A stretch of DNA of 61,778 bases from Octopus bimaculoides (taxonomy: Eukaryota): assembly GCF_001194135.2 (NCBI RefSeq), contig NC_068997.1, positions 16,197,418 to 16,259,195 of the forward strand, read 5' to 3'. This document shows, one piece after another, positions 1 through 11,652 of this stretch. The position numbers were made by a program, and so were the translations under genes. The notes under the pieces are model-generated. The model ran no database searches, was not told the DNA's origin, and worked only from the letters and a program-made list of their open reading frames with translations. Position 1 is the stretch's first letter. Every line of letters begins with the position of its first letter.

Positions 1-41
<41 letters not shown>
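1..41. repeat. (AT)20 microsatellite
   Basis: Direct. Confidence 0.98.
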
Positions 42-45
<4 letters not shown>

Positions 46-708
46 CACACACACATACTAGCATATAGGCACACAGTCACAGAGGGTCACATACACATAC
101 TGCCTAATACAGAGACAAACAGGTATGCTGCTTTGCACATATATATATCCAAAAGGGAATTAAGGAGGGGAAGGCGGGAGAGCAGACGGACCTAAATGTG
201 TGTACACGTGTGTACATATGCCCGTACACATATGTCCGTAAACATGAAGTTTCTCACATTCAGACATATTGCTTTACATGACTCTCGAGCATATTTATAA
301 TCACAGAAAGACGCAAAAAAGAAAAATAAACTAAAACGACCAGCATGCTTGCCACACACTCGCATACAAATCCAAACGACAAACCTATATAAATATAGAG
401 TAAGTACGAAGACACATGAAAATACACGCTTCTCTATGTACCTTTCCTTGCCAGTACGTTGACCCATTTACCCATGTACACTTACCATGCATGCTACATT
501 CAGAGCTGTGTCCATTCTTCTCCCCTCTGCGCCTGTTTTCCATTCCTGTCGCGACTCATTTGCACTCTTCTTCAGCGTATTCCCTTGCTCATCCCCCAAC
601 TGCCTCTTCCTCAATGTCCTCAAACTCTCTCAACTCTACTTTCCTCCGTGTTGTTATTCTATGGATTCTATGGAAGCAATGTTTGGGATCATTTTTCTTT
701 GTTTTTTG

Positions 709-761
709 CTTGGTTGTGGTTGTGGTTGTGGTTGTGGTTGTGGTGGTGGTGGTGGTGGTGG
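709..761. repeat. Compound (TGTGGT)n-(TGG)n microsatellite
   Basis: Direct; the source of the poly-V/W/CG/G ORFs at 416-911. Confidence 0.95.
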
Positions 762-1630
762 AGGGACTGACAGTGATTGCAGTAGTGATAGTAGTGGTAG
801 TGCTGCTGTCATTATTAATACTTCTACTACAACAAGGAGGAATTCCAACCACATTTCCTGGTTCACTGCCTCAACAGCTCCTTCATAGGATCCAGTAGCT
901 AAGAACACCATCAGGAGGAGCTACATCCGGTTTTGGTCCCTACTCCTCTACTGTTTTCAACGCTGCCCCCCCCCCCCCCACCTTCAGGGGTTCTTCAGCT
1001 CTGGTGTTAAATGCGTTTTTATCTCTTTTCTTTGGCTTTTTGTTCTTTGGTTTCTTCAATGCAGTGTCAACGAATGTCAGCTCGCAAATGACCACCCTGG
1101 CAAATTTCCCTTTAAATATTCACTGGTAGGCTCCAGCAGCCAAGCTTCAGCTGACCAATGGAGGGGAAGGATGCACAGTTTTGGCCTGCACCTTCTCTAG
1201 ACCTATCTTCCAACAGAATCGTGTTAGTTTCAGGTCCAGCAGCCAGAGTTGACTCGCTGTCTTGTGGTACAAACCTTCGAAATATTGGAGAAGAGGGTGA
1301 GCAATGAACAAGGTGGTTCCCCTCGGCCCACCTGTCAAGCAGCAATGCTGTTTAAATACTAGCCAGCCTCACCTAGCAACGCTATTTTCCAATCGGCACA
1401 TTATGGCTTTCGAACCATTACTTGAGCCAGTACTGTTGTTTGTTGTGTATTGTGTGATTGCAGTTTGAAATGCTGTTGCTGAAGTTGGATGATAGAGGTG
1501 GTGTTAATACTGAAAGGCAGTTTGTCTAACGTCAGTAAAAGAGACATCCTAACATATGCTTGATACTTCTTTTATCAATTCCAGAGAGACAAACTGCAAA
1601 GTTAGCCCCTGACAGAATTTGAACTCTGAG

Positions 1631-2010
1631 TATGTGGTTAAACAGCTTTGTTTTGCAACCACATGGCTGCAGGTTCTGTGCCTCTATATGGCACCTTGGG
1701 TAAGTGTCTTCTGCTTTAGCTTCAGGCTGACCAGTCCCTTGTCAGGGAAATCAGTCAATGGTAACTGCAGAAAGCCATCTTGTATGTATGCGTAAAAAAT
1801 AATATTCCTCGCTTGTTACCTCTTGAGTGAAATGGTGTTGATGTTGACACTACCTTGTTGACATTGTCACCCTCTACTTTCAAAAATCTCTGCAATAAAA
1901 AGAAACCCCTTCCTTGGCAACAGGAAAATATCTGTCTGTAAAATCCTACTACAAATAACTCCTCATCTAACTCATGCTGGCATGGAAAACAGAAGTTAAA
2001 CAAATGAGTG
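1631..2010 (+). mobile_element. SINE with a family-A head/core and an RTE-type tail, diverged
   Basis: gtggttaaacagc...ggcaccttgggtaagtgtcttctgc head; 3' end tcatgctggcatggaaaacagaagttaaac. Confidence 0.6.
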
Positions 2011-3903
2011 AACAAGTGAATGAATGTAAAAGGATAAAAGACAAACACTGAAAGACATCTTGTCCAATAATTAATCATTTCTATTCCTCTGTCATTTTTT
2101 AAGAAACCTACATAAATAAAATCCTAAAATCTCAGGATAGTTCACTCAACAGCTAATGCCATTACAACAACATCAACTGCTGTTGCTGCTACTACTACTT
2201 CTACTACAAATAATACAACCACTACTGCTATCACCGGCCCCACAACAACAATCAGATCTCCAAGTGTTATTGTTACCACCGTTGCAATAAATGTTGTGGG
2301 ATGAGGGAACTCCATGCAGTCACTTTCTCTAGTAGATATAACAAGAATATTCCTTTCAGTTCGTGCCCAGAAAGACTCCTTGAATAATAAAAGGCCTGGT
2401 TACATTGTCTGAATACAGGATAAGATGTTCATGACAGAGGCACCTTTGATCAAAGATCTGCTCAGTCATGGTTCTGCAAGAACTAAAACCACCAGCACCA
2501 CCGCTACCACAACCACCTCCACCACCACAACAACAACAACAGCATAACATTGTAGCATCCACTTCTATATGACAACTATAACCTTCCCAATCACTTCTCC
2601 TATCACCAACACCACCACCTCCACTATCATTAGTATTACCACCAAAGACAACCATTACATCATTTATCGCAACTGCTGCCACCACCGCAACCACCACTAC
2701 CACCACCACCACCACCACCTTCAACAATAACAGCAGTAACACTACACAACAGTGCTAAAGGTTTCTAATTCAGGTCAGTTAACATATTAGCAGAAATTCC
2801 ATTGAAATGGTAGAGCCATACTGTCTCTGAGTGAAGATGGTTCCTGTAGAGAAATAATTAGGGGAAAGCTGTCTTAAATAACATCACTAACACATCAACC
2901 CTGGTAGGGGGTGGTTTGTGGGGTGACACTATGTAAGGTGCGGGTAAGCTCTGAATGTGTCTGGGGAGTGTTTGTATGCAATTCGCTCGCTCAGTGTATA
3001 TATTGTGAAATCAAGTTGATTTGAGCGGGGAAGGATGATGTGTGAATTTGTATAAGTGCTCATGTATAATTTGTGTCCACACTTAAAAACATGTAGCGCA
3101 ATCTGGTCACTTCAGTGTAGCGTGTGTGTTTATGCATAGATATATGTGTAAGTATGTATAGGTGAGTGTGAGTGAACATTTTTGGAGTATATATATATAG
3201 TTGAATCTCATTATTTATATATAAATGTAAGTGTGTGTGTGTGAGACTATGCTTTTCATGCTGTATGTGTGCATATATGTCACTTATGTAAATATGTGCA
3301 TAAGTTCCTGTTATAATCTCTTACGTGTTTGTGTTTCTTTGAGAGTATATATGAAATATATGTGTGCTGGTATGCATGTATGTATGCAATTAGATCTATT
3401 TTCTTTTTATTGATATGTGTTTTCATGTTACTATTTGTGTGTGTGTGTGTGTGTGTGCTTGAAGTAGTAGCAACGCGTAACCATCAAACCTTCACCCACA
3501 CCATTTCCGACAACATCTGGTTGTGAAGTTTGTTTGTTGTTTTCATATATTTTTACTACTCTGTCTCACTCAATCTCTCTCTCTCTCTCTCTCCCTCTCT
3601 CTTTGTTTTAATTGTCTTGTTCATTTACTCCCCCCCCCCACCACCTCCTTCTCCGTCGTGTTTCAAAGAATTAATTAGAGCATTTTTAATGAATTATTTC
3701 TTTCAGACAACATAAAAGACCCTTCTCAATCCCAACTCCCTCACTTGCCGACAACTCCACCCACTCTGTATACATACGCACACAAAAACACTAGCTGCAA
3801 CAACACTAACAACAGCAATCTTAAAGAAGAGGTTACAAGCTTAACGATGATGGCAATAATTACAATAGTTACAGTGACAACAACACTTGCATACGTGTTT
3901 GTG

Positions 3904-3953
<50 letters not shown>

Positions 3954-4351
3954 TATATATGTACATGCACATTTACACACATACACACATATCTATATAC
4001 ATATTCCCACATACATATTTCAAGAGAGAGATGTACTTGTGTGTGTGTCTCAAGTTGTTGCAAAATTAATTACAGTTTTTAACTATCAACTTTAAAGCAA
4101 CATCTCAGCTGAGATTAAATTTTATTAATCAAAATAATGACCACTAGAATTGGCACAGTTTGGAAACTGTAGGTTAGAATTCTGGAGTCTTGGAATTGAT
4201 GAAGTCTTCAAAGGCATTTTGAGTTGTTGCTTGATTGTTTAAGGCCTTATTTTACAGGAAGTTGTCAACAAGGTTCAAGAAGTAGTAGTGGGTTGAACAG
4301 TGGTTTACCACATGGCAGTTTTGTCTGATGTGCTGGTTATCCTTCCAATCC

Positions 4352-4596
4352 AATAATAATATTAATAATAATAATAATAATAATAATAATCCTTTCTTCT
4401 AAAGGCACAAGGCCTGAAATTTGGTGGGAGGGGGCTAGTCATTTACATCGACCCCTGTGCTGAATTGGTACTTATTGAATCAACACCAAAAGGATGAAAG
4501 GCAAAGTTGACTTTGGTGGAATTTGAACTCAGAACATAAAGATGGGCGCAATGCTACTAAGCATTTTGTCTGGTGTGCTAACAGTTCTGCCAGCTT
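4352..4596 (-). mobile_element. tRNA-type SINE, family B, (ATT)n tail
   Basis: Reverse complement aligns with 7018-7209 (ctggcagaa...gagttcaaattc...ctttcatcc...aaatttcaggccttgtgcct...aaggattattatt). Confidence 0.8.
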
Positions 4597-4606
4597 ATTA
4601 CTTTAA

Positions 4607-4825
4607 CACTTTTGTTACCATATTTCTGTTGAGATGCTCTGTGTTTCTTTCAATTAATTTTGAATATAACTAAGAATTTAGTAAAATAACTTAGTTGTCA
4701 TTAAGCTAGTGTTAGTAACATAAATTGTGACTAAGGTTTGATGGAAGATTTTAATTCAGAACTTTTGACACAACATTTATACTACAGAGCCAGAAGCAGT
4801 TTCAGCCAGGTTGGTATCAAAAGGG
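4607..4825. mobile_element. piggyBac-like non-autonomous element (MITE), ~219 bp
   Basis: TTAA on both sides (4603-06, 4826-29). Termini ttaaCACTTTTGTTACCA...TGGTATCAAAAGGGttaa match as inverted repeats at 16/18; the right end reads CCCT, the piggyBac signature. Confidence 0.8.
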
Positions 4826-4952
4826 TTAATCATAATAATAATAAAGATTTAGCAACTTTGAGTACAAATATGAAACCCAAAAGAAAATAACTATCAAGAC
4901 ACAGCAGATGCTGGACATCAAGTAAGCGAATGTGACCAACAAATCAGTGATG

Positions 4953-5092
4953 ATATTCTAGCTGTGACCATCTTGTTTTATATTTAGACAGTGTATCTAA
5001 AACTACATTATCAGTAGGGTGTAATTGAAGGAAATTTAGCTGCTATTTCTAGTAGGTTCAGAAATCACATTGAGGCTTCTTCTGTTGACTGG
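4953..5092 (-). mobile_element. Retroposon family C fragment
   Basis: gggtgtaattgaaggaaatttagctgctatttctagtaggt core; similar fragments at ~18255-18415, ~32850-33000 and ~61400-61500. Confidence 0.55.
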
Positions 5093-5847
5093 TGTTGTTA
5101 ATGGTGTTTATAGTTTAAAAAAATTGTTATAAGAGGTTTTAGCCCAGAGTATGTTAGGTGGTAGATGCATTGCATATTGTTTTAGAATTCTGTATTAGTA
5201 GTAGTGGTAATGTTACTGTCGCAGCGTTTGTGGTGGTGGTGGTTGCGATGGTAGTGAGTTTGGTGGTGGCATGGTGGCAATGATGATGTTGATTGTTACA
5301 ATGTCATCTCTAACTAGTTTGATGTGAGAAAGTACTTAGACCTGTCATAATTACCGGTGCTGGATCAGGGGTGGTAGGAGATAGATGAGGATGATGATGA
5401 TGATGATGATGATGCTAATGATGGTGATGATGATGATGATGATGACGATCTGGTTGTGGGGTAAGATGTGGGTTTGTAAAGAGAATTTAAACAGACTTTC
5501 TAGAACCTACTTTACTACATCTCTGGCATTTTATGAACCAGACTTTCCAATCTGACTTACTTTTAAACAGCACCAATTAAGTCTTTAACTTCTCTCCTAG
5601 CTTTTTATTGTTTTCATCCTCCTCTAACCACTACTCTCTTCATTTTCCTCATTCTCTTTTTTCTTGTTTTTTTTTTTGTTTTTTTTTATTCTCTCCTTGA
5701 TTTTTGTCAATTTGTTTGTCTTGATGTTTATTTATTTTATTTTATTTTTTTCGTGTTATGTTTCTTTTCCTTGTTGTCTGTGTGTGTTCTGGCTGTTACT
5801 TGCTTTAATGTTAGTGTAAACCATGTTTAATATACTAGATTATTATT

Positions 5848-6077
5848 AGGGCAGGGTATGGGCGGAATTAGTAGAACGCTGGATAAAATGCCTTCTGGTA
5901 TTTAGTTATGTCCCTTTATATCCTGAGCTCAAATCTATTTAAGGTTGACACTGCTTTTCCTCCTGCTCCATAGCTGATTAACTAAATACCAGTGTTAAAC
6001 TGAAATCAATTAAATTGAGTGTACCCTTCCCCTTCCAAACCTGTGACCTTTCGCTTATGCTAAAAGCCATTATTATT
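5848..6077 (+). mobile_element. SINE family B, highly diverged
   Basis: Collinear degenerate match (gcggaattagtagaacgctggataaaatg...tcctgagctcaaatc...ccattattatt). Confidence 0.5.
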
Positions 6078-7017
6078 TTTTAGTCGTCTTATTTTTATTG
6101 CATGCTTTCACTGCATTACCATGCATAACTCTGCATGCTTTGAGTATATGCAATATTTTGTTTTGATTTAGTATTTTGTAATGCATTGGGAGTACTATCA
6201 GTCCTATGTGAGCAGTATCACATAGTACTATTTTAAAAAAATATTTCGTGCATATTTGTACGTTGTGGAGTTTCTCTTATGTAATTGTCTGTATATTTTT
6301 AAATCATTCCCAGATCATTATCATAAAGATTGTTTCAATTTTCTTAACCTTCATATTCTGCTCATCTCTGTTTCTTGCTCTTTATAAGTGAATAATTTCT
6401 ACATTTCTATTAAAGATGTACTATCAGCTTTTGGGACCGAGTGACACTTTTTAATTGGATGCACTCTAATAAATCAATGTAGTGTTTCTAGCCATAAGTT
6501 TTGTTTATCACTGCACAGGATACAACTAGCGATCAAAACTAGTTGATTATTTTACCAAAGTATTTGAATCTGAGTTCACTCTGGTTTAACCTGCTGGTTA
6601 AAAGTGTTAACCTTAAGCATAAAAAAAGGAAGTTTTCTTGGAAATTTTGTCTTTTTCAAATGAGAATGGAAGCTATTATTGTAACTTCTTCCTTTGTCTG
6701 GGCCAGCATTATTTGCCATTTGCCCATCATATATTTAATATATCTGCTTATTATTGGTGCTGCCTTACTCATGACAAGTGTTTCTAGAATTCACATGTGG
6801 GTATTACTGCCAAAAGCCTTCTGCTAGTATATCTGGGTATAAACCCTTCTTTCTCCTTCTAGAGTCCTTCTTTATAACATTGCTGATCTTTAATTCACTT
6901 TCATAGTCACATGAACCTTGCTGTATTTGTTTCAGCTCTTTTACCTTCTGAATTCAACTTAGCCTTTTATCTGTCTCGGGTTGGCAAAATACAGTTCTAG
7001 TCTGGGGTTGATGTAAG

Positions 7018-7209
7018 TGGTGAACTGGCAGAATTTTTAGCATGACAGACAAAATATTCTGTGTTCAAATTCTGCTAAGGTCATCGTTGCATTTCATTCT
7101 TTCAGGTTTGATGAAATAAGTGCCAGTTGAGCACTGGGATTGTTGTAGTTGACTAACCCCCTCCCCTCAAATTTCAGGCCTTGTGCCTATAGTAGAAGGG
7201 ATTATTATT
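7018..7209 (+). mobile_element. SINE family B
   Basis: Same head, core and ccctcccctcaaatttcaggccttgtgcctatagtagaagggattattatt tail as the 4352-4596 copy. Confidence 0.8.
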
Positions 7210-7468
7210 TCTTATTATTTATGGATATATTTACATGCATACATACTAATATATGTATGCATGTATAGCCTGTGTTGCTTTGTGGACGTGCGTAGGGAGA
7301 TTCGGTTAATTTTTTGAGTCACATGTAATTCAAATTCTATCCCAAAGAATATATCGAAAGAAAACTAGTTTGCTGCCACTGGAGACTGCTTTTCTTTTTA
7401 TTTATTTGAGACCATATTTCTGGCAAAAGCATGTGTTAATTGTCTTCATTTCTTCATTTAAATGGATA

Positions 7469-7505
<37 letters not shown>

Positions 7506-7928
7506 ATATTATAGCTTGTAAAGTACCCTAACTTACTTGTAATAAAGGGGATGAAATCAAAACATGAACAAAAAAGCAGTAAGATATGAATATGTATAAA
7601 TCTATTATATACTGCAGAGAATATCTATAATCAACATGGTATGTAATGGATTATATGTAATAAACTATTTATCTTATACCATAATTTCTCCATGGACAGA
7701 AAAAAGGTGGAGCCAGAGTAGTTTCATTCTAGAATTGAGATTTCATCAGCAGCTGAGTACTCACTTTAACTGTCCTCAGAGACACATTATAAATCCACTA
7801 CCATTAAGAGCTCAAATAAATCACATAGACTTTATTTGCATATAATGTTTTCTCAACAGCTTGTTTGGACTTATAAATTACTGGTGTGTAATCATGTTTT
7901 GTTTCAATGCTTGTTATTTGTTAACGAG

Positions 7929-8048
7929 TATATCTATAGGTTTTAGCCAACACTTTCAGCAATAGACAGCTGTTAAAAAAACACTATGTATATGATATTT
8001 TGGTGAATAAAGAATTACATACTGTGTTGGCTAAAACCTATAGATATA
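7929..8048. repeat. Perfect 25-bp inverted repeat with a 70-nt spacer (possible TA-flanked MITE or RNA hairpin)
   Basis: TATATCTATAGGTTTTAGCCAACAC (7929-7953) is the exact reverse complement of GTGTTGGCTAAAACCTATAGATATA (8024-8048). Confidence 0.9.
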
Positions 8049-8529
8049 TTCTATAGAACATAATGGCATTGAAAGAAAACACTAGTAATCCACCAGAAAT
8101 TTATATTTAAGAATATATGCATTGTTTTATTGGTTTAGGCGTCTCTCTTTCCTTCCCCACCTATCTCTCAATCTCTTCTTAACCTCGTTCTATCTTTTAC
8201 TACATTTGATATTCAGATCATTATTTCTCTTTATCACTACAGCTCTCTTTTCCCTTCTTTCTTTCCTATCTCCACCCCCTCATATCAATAGCACACCACC
8301 ACAACCACCACAACCACCACCACCACCACCACCAACACTTCAGTTCAAGTTATCTTTGAAAGATCTCCTGTGTGTTTGAAGTGAACTTCGTAAAAGCCCC
8401 TCTTTCCCTACCCTGATCTGGTAAAGGGATCGAATCTAGCCTGTTCATGCTGGCGACATTTCGAATGGAATGGTGCAGCACATTGCATGCATCCCCCATC
8501 ACTCTTTTTATTCTCTATCTCTCTTTCTC

Positions 8530-8571
<42 letters not shown>

Positions 8572-8689
8572 TCCACATCCCTTAAAATGTATGTATCTGT
8601 TGCCATAGACCATCACCACCATCAGTACACCTATTTTTGCTGATATACTATTTTTACTTATCGTATGAAGATGTTAGAAATCCTGTTTC

Positions 8690-9300
8690 TGATTATGATG
8701 AGGATAACCCTGATGTTGATGATGATGATGATGACGACGATGACGACGACAACAACGATGAAGATGATGAGGATCATGATGATGACATTGATAATGGTTA
8801 TGATGGTAGTTAAAGTGACGACAATAATGGTAGTGGGAATAATGGTTATGACGAGGTTAATGAGGGTAGTGGTAATGGTGGTAATGAAATTGTTAGATAT
8901 GATGCTGCTGCTGCTGATGACGATGATGATAATGTTGATGAAGATAATCATGATGGTGGTATGATGACAAAAACAATGACAATGGGAGTAACAGTGATTT
9001 ACAACATTAGTGATGATGGTGATGATGATTATGCCTGTGATTTTTATGTTGAAGATGACAATGATGACTAGACATGATAACAATAATGATGATGATGATG
9101 ATGATGATGAATGCACACCTACTGTTAGCAATGATGTCGCTGATGATGGATGTGCACCTACTGTTAGCAGTGGAGTACGTGGATGCAGGAAATAATGATG
9201 AGAGTGATGCTGATTAAGATGATTAGGATAATGATGATGATGCTTATAAAAGATGATTATGATGGAGCTGCTGCTGCTGATGATGATGATGATAATTATT
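8690..9300. repeat. Degenerate (GAT/GGT/AAT)n triplet array
   Basis: Direct; yields poly-M/poly-I ORFs. Confidence 0.9.
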
Positions 9301-10586
9301 CACAACCCTCGCCAACACCAGCACTCCAGTATTTTTCTCTCCCCGCCCTGCAACCTCTACAGTTTTTTCTTTCATCCATGTTATCATTTATAATTACAAT
9401 CACATCCCCTCCCACTCACACACACACACACACACGCATACACACACACAGGCTCCATCATTTCTCTACACCTTTCCACCCCCACTAACTCCCCTTCCCC
9501 CACTTTAATTGTGCAGCAGCAGTAGCAGCAGNNNNNNNNNNNNNNNNNNNNNNNNNNNNNNNNNNNNNNNNNNNNNNNNNNNNNNNNNNNNNNNNNNNNN
9601 NNNNNNNNNNNNNNNNNNNNNNNNNNNNNNNNNNNNNNNNNNNNNNNNNNNNNNNNNNNNNNNNNNNNNNNNNNNNNNNNNNNNNNNNNNNNNNNNNNNN
9701 NNNNNNNNNNNNNNNNNNNNNNNNNNNNNNNNNNNNNNNNNNNNNNNNNNNNNNNNNNNNNNNNNNNNNNNNNNNNNNNNNNNNNNNNNNNNNNNNNNNN
9801 NNNNNNNNNNNNNNNNNNNNNNNNNNNNNNNNNNNNNNNNNNNNNNNNNNNNNNNNNNNNNNNNNNNNNNNNNNNNNNNNNNNNNNNNNNNNNNNNNNNN
9901 NNNNNNNNNNNNNNNNNNNNNNNNNNNNNNNNNNNNNNNNNNNNNNNNNNNNNNNNNNNNNNNNNNNNNNNNNNNNNNNNNNNNNNNNNNNNNNNNNNNN
10001 NNNNNNNNNNNNNNNNNNNNNNNNNNNNTATATATATATATATATATATATATATTCCAGTGTGATTGTTTCGTGACACACAACAATGACACTGGTAAAG
10101 ATTGTGGTAGTCGAAGCGATGTTAGTGGTGGCAGTGCCCTGTTAGTGGTAGTGGTGGTGGTGGTGGTGGTGCCAGTGTTGATGGTGGCATCAGTGTCATT
10201 AGCAGTGATAGATAGCAGTGGTGATGGAGTGGTTGTAATGAAAGAAGCTCTGGTGGAAGTGGTGTGAGTAGGGAAAGCGATTGCATTGTGACAGAAACGA
10301 TGGTGGTGGTGGTGGTGGTGGTGGAGGTGAAACTATTGATAAGGGTAATGCAGGGGTGGGTGGTAAGAAGCGGTAGTAATCCTAGGGATAGACATAATGA
10401 ATGCATGTGTTGATGAAGGTGGTGGTGGTGGTGGTGGCAACGGCGATGATTTTGGTGGGGTTTTAGGAGTCATGATTATTTTTGCAGGAGTTGTAATAGT
10501 GGTGGTGGTGGTGGTGGGTGTGGTGATGCTTGCTGGTGGCCATGTTGATGATGTCGATTATGATGACAATGACGATGGAGTGATGG

Positions 10587-10624
<38 letters not shown>

Positions 10625-11513
10625 GCAGTAGCAGCAGCAGTGTGGGGGTGATTCCTATGGCTAGTGGCAGAGTCTGAAGAAGAAGNNNNNNNNNNNNNNN
10701 NNNNNNNNNNNNNNNNNNNNNNNNNNNNNNNNNNNNNNNNNNNNNNNNNNNNNNNNNNNNNNNNNNNNNNNNNNNNNNNNNNNNNNNNNNNNNNNNNNNN
10801 NNNNNNNNNNNNNNNNNNNNNNNNNNNNNNNNNNNNNNNNNNNNNNNNNNNNNNNNNNNNNNNNNNNNNNNNNNNNNNNNNNNNNNNNNNNNNNNNNNNN
10901 NNNNNNNNNNNNNNNNNNNNNNNNNNNNNNNNNNNNNNNNNNNNNNNNNNNNNNNNNNNNNNNNNNNNNNNNNNNNNNNNNNNNNNNNNNNNNNNNNNNN
11001 NNNNNNNNNNNNNNNNNNNNNNNNNNNNNNNNNNNNNNNNNNNNNNNNNNNNNNNNNNNNNNNNNNNNNNNNNNNNNNNNNNNNNNNNNNNNNNNNNNNN
11101 NNNNNNNNNNNNNNNNNNNNNNNNNNNNNNNNNNNNNNNNNNNNNNNNNNNNNNNNNNNNNNNNNNNNNNNNNNNNNNNNNNNNNNNNNNNNNNNNNNNN
11201 NNNNNNNNNNNNNNNNNNNNNNNNNNNNNNNNNNNNNNNNNNNNNNNNNNNNNNNNNNNNNNNNNNNNNNNNNNNNNNNNNNNNNNNNNNNNNNNNNNNN
11301 NNNNNNNNNNNNNNNNNNNNNNNNNNNNNNNNNNNNNNNNNNNNNNNNNNNNNNNNNNNNNNNNNNNNNNNNNNNNNNNNNNNNNNNNNNNNNNNNNNNN
11401 NNNNNNNNNNNNNNNNNNNNNNNNNNNNNNNNNNNNNNNNNNNNNNNNNNNNNNNNNNNNNNNNNNNNNNNNNNNNNNNNNNNNNNNNNNNNNNNNNNNN
11501 NNNNNNNNNNNNN

Positions 11514-11562
<49 letters not shown>

Positions 11563-11621
11563 TTGTGTATGTATATATGTATATATAAATACTGATATAT
11601 AGATAGATATGGTCATGCATA

Positions 11622-11652
<31 letters not shown>

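Noticed and set aside
192-911. Overlapping 85-160 aa ORFs with poly-V/G/T/P runs
   Set aside because: Products of the (TGTGGT)n(TGG)n microsatellite; no domain similarity.
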